A stretch of DNA of 63,478 bases, filler included, from Ministeria vibrans ATCC 50519 (taxonomy: Eukaryota > Protista > Filasterea), in assembly GCA_943704425.1 (NCBI GenBank). It is 9 parts of 9 records of this genome, joined end to end, with 100 filler letters (N's around TTAATTAATTAA, not from the genome) between each part and the next. Parts side by side here need not be neighbours in the genome. Positions count along the whole stretch, not along the records: positions 40,928 to 52,519 come from CALSCP010000186.1; positions 52,620 to 55,120 come from CALSCP010002402.1; positions 55,221 to 57,395 come from CALSCP010001219.1; positions 57,496 to 59,076 come from CALSCP010001174.1; positions 59,177 to 61,894 come from CALSCP010002247.1; positions 61,995 to 63,478 come from CALSCP010000211.1; 3 more parts are not named here. One strand, 5' to 3'. Shown in pieces: positions 46,439-62,182 of the stretch. Numbering within the stretch: the first letter of the stretch is position 1; the number at the start of each line of letters is the position of its first letter. The notes beneath the pieces are model-generated. The model worked only from the letters and a program-made list of their open reading frames with translations, had not been told where the DNA came from and did not search any database. A program made the translations under genes and the position numbers.

Positions 46439-49284
46439 TTAATCTTGTTTTGTACTCTCTTCTCTCAAACATACTTTTGTGTTAGCCGCTAAACAGAGCC
46501 GTCTTGAACCCATTCCGGCACCTCCACGACTCCGGTCGCTCGTGACGAAGTTGTCGATGGCCATGGTGACGTGTGAGCGTCAGAGTGTTCGAGTGCGACT
46601 CAGTGCGCGCCTGACCCTCCTCAACAAGGCTTGGTCGGCCGTGGCGCTCTTGCCGTCGACAGCTGCCGTCGTTTCGTACACGTGCAATGCTAGCTCGGGT
46701 GTCCAGCTGCTTGATGTGCACCGTGGAAAGCATGCACTCATCTCGCGTGGCTTCGTCGGGGAGTGCACCGTTCAAGTGGATGCATACGTTGCGTACGCCA
46801 ATAAAAGCTGCACAGGTACGTGTGAGAAAAAACAGACAAGACGACTCTTCTTCTCCACGAGTCTTCTCTCTGCTTCGCTCATCTTTTTTGCCTAATTTTC
46901 CCTTCCTCTTTTTTTTTCTTCATTCTTTCTTTAGGCTTTGACATTGAGTACATTCCCGAATGCAGCGAGACGACACTCCAAATGGCGGTTCGCTCTGCGC
47001 GCGGCCTCGAAGTCTCGGTGGATCCACAGTTGTCGATGGCAGGTGCGGATGAGGTGGACATGAGTGCATTTGGCGAGGGCGACGACCAGCCGGACGCGAG
47101 CAAGGACACGCTTGTGTGGGCGCGTGTGCGACCTTCGCAAAAGGTGAACGTGCGCTGGACTGAAAAGGCGTCCAAGGGCAAGCAGGCGGCAGCTGTACCT
47201 GCAGCCGCTACTTCGCTGCTTGACTCAGTTGAGGGTGGCAGTGATGATGAGGATGCATCGACGTCTGTGGCGGCGCCTGAGCCCGAAGAGGCGAAGCCAC
47301 CACTGTCGCTCGCCATTGAGCATCAGCATTTATTTAGTGTTGGCGAGGGCATGCTGCTGATCGAAAGTCGTTTCCGCTACGACATTCGCAATGGAGCCAT
47401 CAACATACTGGAAGTGAGTCTTGACCCACGCTTGCGCGTGCTCTCTGTGAACACGTCGCTGCTGAAGCGGTGGGATGTGACGCACAGCACGCCAGTGCGC
47501 GCCGATGGCAGTGGACCCGCGGGCGCAGCCGTTGACGAAGACCCCGTCTTGCGTGTGCTTCTGGAAGAGACCGTCGAAGGCACGCACGAGCTTCAAGTGA
47601 GCTCAGAGATTGACTTGGGCGCGACAAGTGTGGACTTTACGGGACCTGTGTTTAGCCACACGCACCCGGCGGTGACGCGTGAGAAGGGATACATTGCGGT
47701 GGAGGCGCGCACCAATGTGGAGCTCAACCAGCGCGAGCGGGTTGTTGGTTGTGTGCCCCTCGACGTTGCTGAACTTCCCGACGAGTTGCGTCAGAGTGCT
47801 GTCAACCCGTTGCTTCTCGCCTACAAGTTTCTCGTGCCGGACTTTACATTGGACCTGTCCGTGAAGAAGCACGGCGACGTCGACGTGCTCATTGCCGTGG
47901 CCGACTCGGCGCACTTTGTCACGACCAAGACGCTCGAGGGCAAGACCATGTACCAGATGATTTTGCTTGTGCGCAACACACAGAGGCAGTTTGCTCGTGT
48001 GTTTCTTCCGTCCGATGCTGAGGTCTGGAGTACCGTCGTCAACGCCAAGGTATCGCTTTTTTTTTTGACGCGAACGAGTATTTTGACTGTAGCGAGCTTA
48101 TTATATTATTACGTTTTATTGATGTTTATTATAGTAATAATAGTTATTATTACATTGTTTATATGTATTTATTTGTCATCCCTAGCCGTTTTTGTGTTAC
48201 TTACTTTTGCTGGGTGCTGTGTGTGTGGGGGTTTTTTTTTTCTTATCCGGTTTTTTCTATTTATTTTTACTAGGCGGTGAAACCGGCTCTCGATGACACA
48301 ACGGGAGCGGTGATGGTTCCGCTGGTGAAGAGCAGCCGGGGTCGCAGCGCGCCGTTTAACGTGGAGATGATCTGGGTGATGGGCGAGGAGAGCCGTCTGC
48401 CACAGCGTGGACGTCTGAATTTCTCGTTTCCGCGCGTTGATATGCCCCTGAATAAGGTCTTTGTCAGCGTGTACTTGCCATTGGGCTTTCGCTACGGCGA
48501 GTTTGACACGACGGACTTGCGTGAGATTACACAGCGCGAGTTTCGTCACCTGCGCGCCCCCGAGCCCAGCAATACGCCGGTAGCCGTTGACGGCGACGAG
48601 CTGCCGCACGGCGACCGGAACTCGATCGACTCCTGCTGTACGTGTTTTTTTTTTGTCATTCTCTTTTTATTTGGAGCATGGTGTGGGTGTTCGCGCTGAC
48701 TTTTCTGTTGTACTTTTTGTTTTCTTTTTGGTTTGTTTGCTTTGGGCGGCGTTTTAAACTTTTTGTATTTGCAGCGGACGACTCTGAGGAGGATATGATG
48801 GAGCTAGTGTGTGCAGGACTGGACATGACTACCAACATGGGTCTGGCAGCGCCACCGTCGATGAAGAAAAAGAAGAAGGGAGGTTTCGGAGGAGGAGGAG
48901 GAGCGAGGAACGCACGGATGATGCAGTCGAATGCCATTGTGCAGCAGCAGCAGCAGCAGCAGCAGCCATCGCGAGGGATGAAGCAAAAGAGCAGGCCTAC
49001 ACCACGCGGCATGACCACCAAGGCTGTCGTAAGTCCAGAACATCAAAACAAATGCAGGGATGAGGCGTCTTTTCATCGTTTTTTTTCGTTCTATAGGTCC
49101 CCGTTCGTGTTGAGATGGTCCGCGTTGGAAAGAAATTTCTTCTGAAGCGGTAAGTGTACCGTGCCTGTTCTCTGTTCCTTGACCCACGTTTTGCTGTAGA
49201 CTCCTTGTGGTGGATGAGGCACTCTCAGTGAGTGTGCCCTTTGCAAAGCGAAGCGACAAAAAAGGAAAGTTCGGAGTGTGCTGA
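46070..49284 (+). CDS. Uncharacterised beta-rich protein (multi-exon), resembling a family of bacterial hypothetical proteins
   Basis: GT-AG exons with coding-like composition; motifs REKGYIAVEARTNVE, LDVAELP, LLAYKFL, VRNTQRQFARVFLP..VWSTVVN..VKP; ends KRSDKKGKFGVC. Confidence 0.7.
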
Positions 49285-49478
49285 ACCCTGACCCTAACCC
49301 TGATTGTTGTTAATAATGAAAATAAAAATAAGAAAAGACCTAATGGAGAATAGAGAGCAATAATAATTATTCTCAACATTAAAAATTATTATTATGTTTG
49401 TTTCAAAAAGGAAAAAAGAGCAGCAACAAAGTAATAATAATAATAATAATAATAGGGTTTTACTATTAATAATTATGG

Positions 49479-49733
49479 TCAGAACTCATCGAGGATTGCC
49501 GGAGCGGACGGCTTCTTGCTGGGCATGATGCCGACAGCGACATTGAAGGCGGCAATCCACATGCGCATAATCTGTTTGTTGGTCGCCTTGAGCATATACG
49601 TGCGGTCGCGTGTCATGAGCTACGGAGAGAATGTGCACAAACAATCAAATCAGATGAGACAACTCCCAACAAGCAAAGAAAATATCAAATGTGAAATGGT
49701 AATACGCTTTAAATAGTAGTAGTAGTAGTAGCT

Positions 49734-49764
<31 letters not shown>

Positions 49765-52363
49765 TAATAATACTACTACTACTACTAATAATATAATAAT
49801 AATAAAATAATATAATAATAAATATAATAATAATATAATAATAACATAACAAGAATAATAACAGAACAAGAATAATAAGAGTAATAAGATGTCTTTATCA
49901 TAATATTCTAATAAGAAACATACCTCAAATGCATGCAGGTCCTTTTGCTGCACAATCTTGCTGGGCGTCGAGCCGTTGACATGCTTGAGGTCGATGGAGC
50001 CTTTGCACTCGCGTTCCGTGTGGTCTACAAAATACTTGATGGTCCCTGCGCCCACGTTCACAACAAACCACCGCCATCTAAGGCGCTGGAACATCTTGCG
50101 CTTAGCGCCACCTAAAACGGTACATAATCAGATACTTTCTTAAATGGAGAGGATAGAATAATTAAATAATTGAAAATAAACAATTGAATGAAAATGCGAC
50201 GAGCAAAGCAATAGTGATAAAGAAACAAAGACATGTAATACAAGAACACTAGTATGCTCCAGATTACGTACCTTCTTTGAAGAGGTAACCCTTGCACACT
50301 TGTCGGGTCAGAGTGATACCCTCGGGAACTTGAAGAAAGACAGCGGCAGAGAGAAGAAACAAACAAAGTGATACAGAGAGAGAGAAAAGAAACAAAGGGA
50401 TAGATGAGAAAGGAAGAAACAAAGGAGTAAAAAAGAAAATGATAGAGAGAGGACAAAGAAAAAAGAAAATGGTAGAGAGAGAGTATGAGAAACATCCCTC
50501 TTGTTTTACGCAGACGTACTTCGGGCGTCGACAATGGCCGATGTGAGATCCACATAGTCGACTTCGACTGCCATTTGGGGAGGTGCAGCTACTTGAATGA
50601 TCTTGGGAGCATTCTTAGCGGGCTCATGCACCACTCGATCAGCAATGGGAATGCGCTTGCTTCCACCCTTGGCTTGCGCAGCGGCATCATCATCAGCAGC
50701 AGCAGTACTGCTGACGGTCGTCTTGGGAGACTCCTGACCATCGTCCGAAGCTGTTTCGGGCACTTCTTCGCCGTCTGTGTCGCTGTCGTTGCTTTCACCA
50801 CTGGCATCATCTGTCGCTTTCTCTTCAGTTTCTACAAAGGGAAATTTGTGTTCTCAGTTAGCATGAATAATAATTGTGTATTTCCAAAACGTGATAGAAC
50901 CCACCATTTAGAGGGAACAAGAATACAAGAAAACTAATAATAAATTTATTAATTATTTTAGCGATTACCAGGTTTGATGGTTTCGACAACAGAGGACACC
51001 ACAGAAGACTTGGGGCGTGAAGGGGCGCGTGGTGGGGGTTTGCTGACGGGACGTGATTTGCGCGCTTGTTCAATTTGAGACGACGGACGACTCCGTGGAG
51101 AGCGCTGCGTAGAGAGAAGAGGCGTTAAAACAAAAAGTAAAAAGAGAGGTGGGAAAACCCTCGAAAAATGCAATCCTTACAACAATATGGCCACTGTCAG
51201 AGACAGTCTAAAAAAAAACGAGAAAAGAAAAAAGAGAGAGGGGGGAGAGAAAGAGAAAGAGAGACGAAGTAAAGGGTGCGTTAAGAAGCATTTTCACTGA
51301 GATAATATGATTGTACCTCTTGGAACTCAGTGTCGTCGACGGACTCCTTGTCAGGGCTGCTGGGAGCAGTGTCAATAACGACAGTCGGGCTGAAACGAAT
51401 AAGACAAAGAAAAGAAAAAAAAATGATAACATAAAAAAAAACAAGGGCAGCATTGTGGATGCGTACGCCGACGGCTCTGTTGGGGGCGCGACAAGTGCAC
51501 CATCGGATGACACCCAGATCTCCTTAGCAATAGACTCTCTCTTGATCAATGTGGAGCGCGTGGATGTGTTGTCACGCAGCGTCGGCACCTCAGCGTCGAC
51601 CGTGTCTGAGGCCTCGTCAGCAAGGGTGCTCTGCGTCACGGTACCCTCATCTGCCGGCGTCGCTTCGTCTTCCTCATCGTCGTCCTGCACGCCCGTTTCC
51701 GTGTCCTCCTCCACAATCACCTTGGTCACGCCTGTCATGTCACGCTTGCCGGTGTACCCGAATCTAAATGCAGAACAAAACAAAATAAAAAATAAAACAT
51801 GAATACTAATTAGTAACATGACAGAATCCAAAAGATGAAAACCGTGTTTTACGTCTCAAAGGAAGCACCTGCACCTGGCACAATGTCGAACAGCTTCTGC
51901 ATGGTCTGGTCGAGAAATCCCACGACGTCCATCATGCGAGGCCTGCATCAAAACATCAATTCAGATGAATGGTATAGTTGGTTGTTTCCAACCTGTCCTC
52001 AGGATCGTCGTTGACGCAATCAAGACAAGCCATGAAAAACTCCTCGGGGCAGTCAGGAAGGGCAGTGTCGCGCACGACATCTTCGTCGATGCCAAAGCCA
52101 GGGATGACGCGCTCAATGGAAGCGCCTGGGGTACCTGTGATGAGTTCAATGACGACAATGCCGTAGGAGAAGACATCGACGCTGTTGTCGTAGTCCATGC
52201 CCAGCATCATTTCCGGTGCCATGGTAAATTCGGTGCCGCACATGGTCATGCGTGACTCTTTGAGTTCACTCGGACGCGTAAATCCAAAGTCGCAAAGACG
52301 CACCCGACCCGACTGATCCAAAAGAAAATTTTCGCTCTTGACATCACGATGAATCATGTTGCG
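49479..52363 (-). CDS. LISK/TESK-like TKL kinase with C-terminal PH domain; N-terminus lost in gap
   Basis: IHRDVKSENFL, LCDFGF, MTMCGT..MAPE, VDVFSYGIV; C-terminal PH pieces GYLFK..RWRWFVV..IKYF..KGSIDL..AFE..TRDRTYMLKA..WIAAF; stop 49479-49481. Confidence 0.82.
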
Positions 52364-52684
52364 CTGCATAGAAGGAGGGGAAGCAAGAGAGAGAAAGTAA
52401 GGGAGAGGAAAGAGAAAGAAACATACTGTAAAACAAGAGGCAAGACAGTGACAAAGAGGTAAAAAACGCAAGGAAAGAGAGGCAACAAAGAAGTAAACGA
52501 CCAAGAGAACAAAGTGAAANNNNNNNNNNNNNNNNNNNNNNNNNNNNNNNNNNNNNNNNNNNNTTAATTAATTAANNNNNNNNNNNNNNNNNNNNNNNNN
52601 NNNNNNNNNNNNNNNNNNNTTTTTTTTTTGATTCTGACTTAGTCACTTTAATCTTTATTTTACTCAATCACATCACAATCAACC

Positions 52685-54812
<2,128 letters not shown>

Positions 54813-55254
54813 TTGTTTTCAATGCAATACCGATACAAATGCCTTTCTCGGTTGACATACCGTTTCTAGAGAGTACCGTCACAGAACACCATCATCAACG
54901 GTGATGCTACTTCCGTCGTACACTCCGCTCACAGACTGTGACAGGCTGTGAGGGAACACTTGTCGTCGCGATGGACTTGTCCTCCTGCTTTCTCGCGTGC
55001 GCGTTCCATGTGTAGTGTATTGGCATGAGCCATGTTAACAACGTATGGCCGTCATGGTTGCCATGAGTGTTTGTTTACGGAGGAAGGACCTTGAAACCTA
55101 AAAAAAAAAAAAAAAAAAACNNNNNNNNNNNNNNNNNNNNNNNNNNNNNNNNNNNNNNNNNNNNTTAATTAATTAANNNNNNNNNNNNNNNNNNNNNNNN
55201 NNNNNNNNNNNNNNNNNNNNTTTTTTTTTTTTTTTTTTTTTTTTTTTGTTATAG

Positions 55255-56627
<1,373 letters not shown>

Positions 56628-56721
56628 ACAAACACACATGAATAAACAAACGAAAATCCAATAGTATCAGAATACAGACATTAAATTTTTTTATTTATTA
56701 TTTTTCATTGTATTTGCTAGT

Positions 56722-56808
56722 ATGGCCTCGTCGAGTAGAGAGCCGGGCGCTGGCTCGCGCGATAGCGCTCAGGGACAGTCACTTTATGTGTACGCAATTT
56801 TTCGTTCT

Positions 56809-56854
<46 letters not shown>

Positions 56855-57318
56855 CTCTATTCGCGTTGTCTTTCCCCCAGTGGACATTGAAGCGACTGTC
56901 CGTTGTCCTCGCTTCTCAATGCGTCTCTTTCCTTTCCGTTTCGTTTCTTCTTTCTCTGTTTCACTTCACGTAATAATTTATTATCATTTTTTCAATAGAA
57001 TGCTTAATGTGGACAAAGGGGCCGACGAAGCCGCCATCAAGGTATCACGACACGCTTGGACTATCCCAATCGCCTTTCCTCCTCGTTGGCAAGTGCAGAT
57101 TTTCAGTTGAATTTGAGATTCTGCTCGTTTTTTTTTTTTCCTTTTTTTCTCACTGACATTTGAGACCTATTTTTCTTTTGCCTCTCATTCTGTCTCTCCT
57201 CCTTCTCTCGCTCGGGGTTCTTTCCCGGGCCACTCCACAGAAAGCATACAGAAAACAGGCACTGAAGTATCATCCGGATAAGAACCCTGACAATCCAGAG
57301 GCGGCTGAGAAGTTCAAG
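56722..57318 (+). CDS. J-domain protein, cysteine string protein (DNAJC5)-like N-terminus; truncated by gap
   Basis: SAQGQSLY|[15 protein letters not shown]|[26 protein letters not shown]. The cysteine string itself is not in the sequence, so the subfamily is tentative. Confidence 0.8.
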
Positions 57319-57667
57319 GTAAACAGCACTCGCTTGGGCTGACTGCTGAGTGTTGTTGGTCTCTGTGCCACTCGTGTGGAGCACACTCGCTGCTTNNNNN
57401 NNNNNNNNNNNNNNNNNNNNNNNNNNNNNNNNNNNNNNNTTAATTAATTAANNNNNNNNNNNNNNNNNNNNNNNNNNNNNNNNNNNNNNNNNNNNAAACA
57501 AAAGAATGATCAAAAATCAAAAAATTAATATAATAACAATAAAAAATATAAAAATAATTATGAGGGAGGGAGGGAGAACGAAACTGAGTGATAGAGAGAG
57601 AGGAGAACAAAGTGATAAAGAGAGAGAGAGAGAGCGCTATGCTAAAACGTCTTTGTGTGTGTTTAGG

Positions 57668-58918
57668 ATCCGAATTTAAGACTGATTCGAGAATTGCGAG
57701 CGGAACTTGAGGAGTTGCGAGCCGCAATCAAGGGCGAAGGGCTGGTGGTGACCAGCAGCGATGGGAAGGCGGAGATTGCGCGGCTGGAGGCGGAGGTGGG
57801 GCGACGCGACGCCGTCATTGCGGGTCTGCGGAATGTGTGGGAAGAGCGGTTCGAAGTGACGCGGGGAGTGATGGAACGGTGGCGGATGGGTCTGGTGGAG
57901 GAGGTGTGCGAGAGGGCGTTGCGTGTCAATTTTGATTTGCCGCATTTTGTGGCGGTGAATGAGGATACGGTGGAGACCGGAGTGATGGTGTATGCGATAC
58001 GAGAGGGAGAGACTCGCATTGGCAATGGCGAGGGGTGTGGACTGCGGCTCAAGGAGGGCGATGGGGTGGAGGAAGAGCACTGTGTTGTCTCGTTTGGGAG
58101 TGGTGGTGGTGAAGGGGACGACGGCGCTGGAAGCGACACGGAGTTCACCGTGGAGTTGCGCGCGGTGAAGGGTGTGACCGTGCTTAACGATGCAAAAGTG
58201 GTAGCCGAGGGGGAGACCGTTGTGTTGCATCATGGGGACTCTGTGACGCTGGGCAACTGCGATGTGTTGCGCTACAACAATGCGCAGGAGGCCGAGGAGA
58301 TGCGCTGCCGAGACGCTGTGCTGATGGCGGCGGCCGCCATTGAAGCGGGCGAGGCCGTGGTCGTAGGAGGCGATGCCGTTGTGAGTGTTATGGCTACTGA
58401 GACGCCCGTACTGACACCGCAGCAACCCATGAGGAAGCGACGAGAGAGCGCAGCGGCCGCACTGGGCAGTGCGCAACGGGTGATGATGCAGGCCAAGGTG
58501 GATGAGGAGGAGGAGGAGGAGGAGGAGGAGAAGGAGAAGGAGAAGGCAGAAAGACAACGAAAACACGACGTTGAGCAAGACCAAGTTGTCGTGGCGAAGA
58601 CCAAAGTGGTTGATCCGGCAACGATGGAACGAGCCGAGGCGCTACTGGCACTGCCGATTGTGGCGACGGAGACCACTGCCGAGCTTATTGACGAGTTGGT
58701 ACGACTGGTAAAGAACGGCGAAGTCGACGAGAATGTGCGTGAGGCAATGGTGAAGCGAGTGATTGAGCTGCGAGTTGCCCAGATGAAGAAGGAGACGGAC
58801 GAAGCGGAGCTGGGGCTGACCACACGAGTAGAGAAGCTGCGGGAGCGTGAAGAAGAACTTGTGGTGCACAAGAGTATTCTAGAGCAAAAGTTGTATCAGG
58901 CCGAGTCGAAACTGGAAT
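57668..58918 (+). CDS. Internal exon of a kinesin-3-like protein (coiled coil, FHA, coiled coil)
   Basis: LPHFVAVNEDTVETGVMVYAIREGETRIG..L.G.GVEEEHC..VLHHGDSVTLG..LRYNN is the kinesin-3 FHA pattern. Motor domain not present in the window. Confidence 0.75.
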
Positions 58919-58926
58919 GTAAGCAA

Positions 58927-59050
58927 GAGAGTTTGAGAGTTTGAGAGAGTTTGAGAGTTTGAGAGAGTTTGAGAGTTTGAGAGAGATAGAGTTTGAGAGA
59001 GAGAGTTTGAGAGAGAGTTTGAGAGAGTTTGAGAGAGAGTTTGAGAGAGA
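58927..59050. repeat. Intronic GAGAGTTT-type simple repeat
   Basis: Tandem (GA)nGTTT units. Confidence 0.8.
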
Positions 59051-59181
59051 GAAAGAGAAAAAAAAAAAAAAAAAAANNNNNNNNNNNNNNNNNNNNNNNN
59101 NNNNNNNNNNNNNNNNNNNNTTAATTAATTAANNNNNNNNNNNNNNNNNNNNNNNNNNNNNNNNNNNNNNNNNNNNCTCAC

Positions 59182-61893
59182 CTTGAAGACATAGTTGACA
59201 GCAAAAAGCGAAGTGCAATAGTCGACATTGATGTGACACTGATACTTGGCGAGCAGGAAGGCATTGTAGGTCACGACCCACTCATGGCCGACGTTCGCAT
59301 TGACCATAGCGCCGTCAGGCCCACGACGCCTGATGACACCCACGACGCCGTTGTCACGGCGGCGGTACATCCACCGCCCTACGCGTTCGTCCAAATGTGA
59401 CATGTCCGAGAGGGGAGCAGGGAAGCGCTTCTGGCAAAGCACCGGTGTAACAACAGCTGGCGCGGCGACGTCTGCAGCAGCCGCCAAACGAGGGACACGC
59501 CTGCAGGGCTGCTCGCCAAAGAGATGGGCGTGCTCTCCCGAGCACGGACGGTGAATCATGAATTTCATCACGAGAGCATGAAGTTGGGGTTGAGCGACAG
59601 GATCCGGCACTTCGCCACACACCCAGTCATCGACGTGACCCGATTCAACAGCAGACTCGCGAAAGCGACATATGATGTGGGCGTGCGGCAAGCCTCTCTT
59701 CTGAAACTCAACCGCGTGAGTCGAGTACTTACATGCGCCAAAGACAGTGCCTGACTTCAGAACGGTCACTAAAGAGTCGCTGTGTGGAAACAAAGGAGAC
59801 TGCGTGTTTGAATTTGAAAGAATGAGTAGAGCAGGTTAACGTATATATATTATACGTACAGGCGAACTTTGAAAGCGCGGGCGCACACAGCGGGGTAGTC
59901 CATGGCACGTGCCCCGACTGGGATGCTGTCGACAATCTCAGGCCACTCAGGATTGCACGTCATGGTAATCATCATGTCGGGAGGGCCAAACTCTCGCACG
60001 ACAGCAAGCGCATTGCGCGTGAGCTCACGGCTCCGAATGGGACTTGCGCGGTGGAGCCTGGGCAAGAGGATGCCGACCTCGTTGGCGGCGCCGCCGTTGG
60101 CGGCCGCCTCAACGTCCACGTGCTGGGCAAGACGTGCCTGGAGAACATCGCGGACGTAGTCCAAATGGGAGTCTTGCATCTGCGCGACCATGGTGCACAA
60201 CCATTCTTGGCGAAGGCGTGGAAGCACTTCCCATGTCTCAAGGTAGAAGATACACTCGTGTAAATATTGATGGAGTGTCACCTTGTCGCCTGTTGTTGAG
60301 ACAGTACCACGCAACTGATTGGGGCCCGCCTGCAGGTTGGCACTGACGGGAGGGTGCCACCCAAATGTTGCCTGTGGGAACAGGAGCGGAAACAGCATGG
60401 GCTCCAATCGACCATCGGGAGCACGCAGAAATCGAGGGCGAGCCATCCAGTTGTCAACAATGTTAGCCGGTGGAGGGCCATTCGCTCCAGCGCCTGCTGC
60501 AACAACAGCGTCAGCGACTTGACGTCGCTGCACTGCGTCGTTTTGAGGAAAGACACAGTAGGAAAGGTTGGTGGGGGCACCCATAGCGGCCGAGGTTCGC
60601 ACCACAGCTACGGTGTTCGAGGAGATTCTCTCACCGACGAGTGGCCCGTCCGCCCTGCGCGTCACACTCTCATCAAAACGCACAATGAGTTGCTGCATTG
60701 GTGGCGCTTGAGCCGCTGGCAAGCGACGGTACTCCGTTATGATGGCTCGATAGTCCCGAAACATGACGTTGTGGTCCAAAAGGGCAGCGCGAATGTCGGC
60801 AACAGTCTCGGGTCGAAGGTCATTTCCAAGCATCCGTCGGGCGACGTCATCGTGTCCGTTGTCTACTGTATAGTAGTATGAGTAGTTGTTAACCACGTTG
60901 TTGTAGTTCGCCTGCGGGTCGAAAATGCGAGCATAAGGTCGACCATTCAGTGACATGAATGAAGGTCCATTTCCCACTCCTCTGTGTCCCCACATGGGCA
61001 CACGCTGGTCGGTACGACACGAGCCGGGAGCAGCAAAGGAAAAAATACCATTGTACGCGAGTTGACGTCTCTGGACGTCGTTGTGCTGGAGCTTGAGGAG
61101 CAAGTCAGCTGGGATTGCTGGCGCCATCTGAACCGTCCCTTTACCTTGGGCACCTCTACAGCACGAGAGAGTCTCATTCGGCCAACGGCGATTAGCACAA
61201 TGACCACATACGCGAACAGACAGTCGAAGGTCGAGAGAACCATCTTGATTCGGTGTAATTGAAAAAGCTGCAATTCTTTCGGCGGCAACGCCATGAATTG
61301 CACCCAATTGGAGGTTGTCCAGGTCGATCTCACGAAGAACAGGTGCAAGGCGAGGCTGAGGTGCAGCTGGGCCCGCCTCATCGGCGTCGTCACTCATGTC
61401 GTGATCGTCAGAGAAACTCTCCTCGCCGGAAGCCGCAGGATCGTAGTCTTCATCATTCTCTATAAATAGATTCTTACGGTTAGAATGACGTAATAGCCAG
61501 TTGGGGGGAGGGCACTTGTCTTGCCGTACCCGAGTCGAGCAAGGCTTCCTCGTCGTCCTCAAGGTTGTCGTTCCCGAAGGAGGACATTCCGGCGGAGGCA
61601 GAGCTTTCAGACGCGTCGTCGACGTTCTCCAATTCTACCCAATGTACGTAGTGAAGGAATCAGAATACACGGGCGAGGAGATTAGTAAATACAGTCTTTC
61701 GCATGGCGTACCGCCAAACTCAAGAAGAGCTGCAATTCTTTCGGCGGCAACGCCATGAATTGCACCCAATTGAAGGTTGTCCAGGTCGATCTCACGAAGA
61801 ACAGGTGCAAGGCGAGGCTGAGGAGCAGCTGGGCCCGCCTCATCGGCGTCGTCACTCACGTTTTGATCGTCAGACAAACTCTCCTCGCCGGAA
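59182..61893 (-). mobile_element. Helitron RepHel, N-terminal and Rep (HUH) region, intron-containing; both ends lost in gaps
   Basis: Zn finger CGHC..W..E..CC..GK; YNGIFSF; PMLFPLLFP..GW; GPPDMMITMTCNPEWPEI; EFQKRGLPHAHII; MIH.PC; C.KRFP; YRRRD; WVVTYN.FLL.KYQCHINV..C..V.YVFK. Confidence 0.93.
61267..61892. repeat. ~165-bp direct duplication in Helitron 5' coding region (~61267-61431 and ~61728-61892)
   Basis: Both copies encode GEES.SDD...SDDADEAGPAAPQPRLAPVLREIDLDNLQLGAIHGVAAERIAA with few substitutions. Confidence 0.93.
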
Positions 61894-62182
61894 CNNNNNN
61901 NNNNNNNNNNNNNNNNNNNNNNNNNNNNNNNNNNNNNNTTAATTAATTAANNNNNNNNNNNNNNNNNNNNNNNNNNNNNNNNNNNNNNNNNNNNTTTTTT
62001 TTCGAAAACGTCAAAAAAAGCGATTGACGTTACTGATTGTGAAAGAGACGCATTACGGCACGCCGTGGCTGCCACGGTGCTTGCTGGTGTGGGAAGGGAG
62101 GGTGGAGGGGAGGGGGGCTGTATGGGCACGTCTCTGCTTGTGTGTGGTGCGCTGTTGATGACCTCTGCATTGTCGTGTGTAG

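Noticed and set aside
49285-49302. Telomere-like hexamers (ACCCTG/ACCCTA; also ~10686-10716 and ~46265)
   Set aside because: Only two or three degenerate units, too short to call interstitial telomeric repeats.
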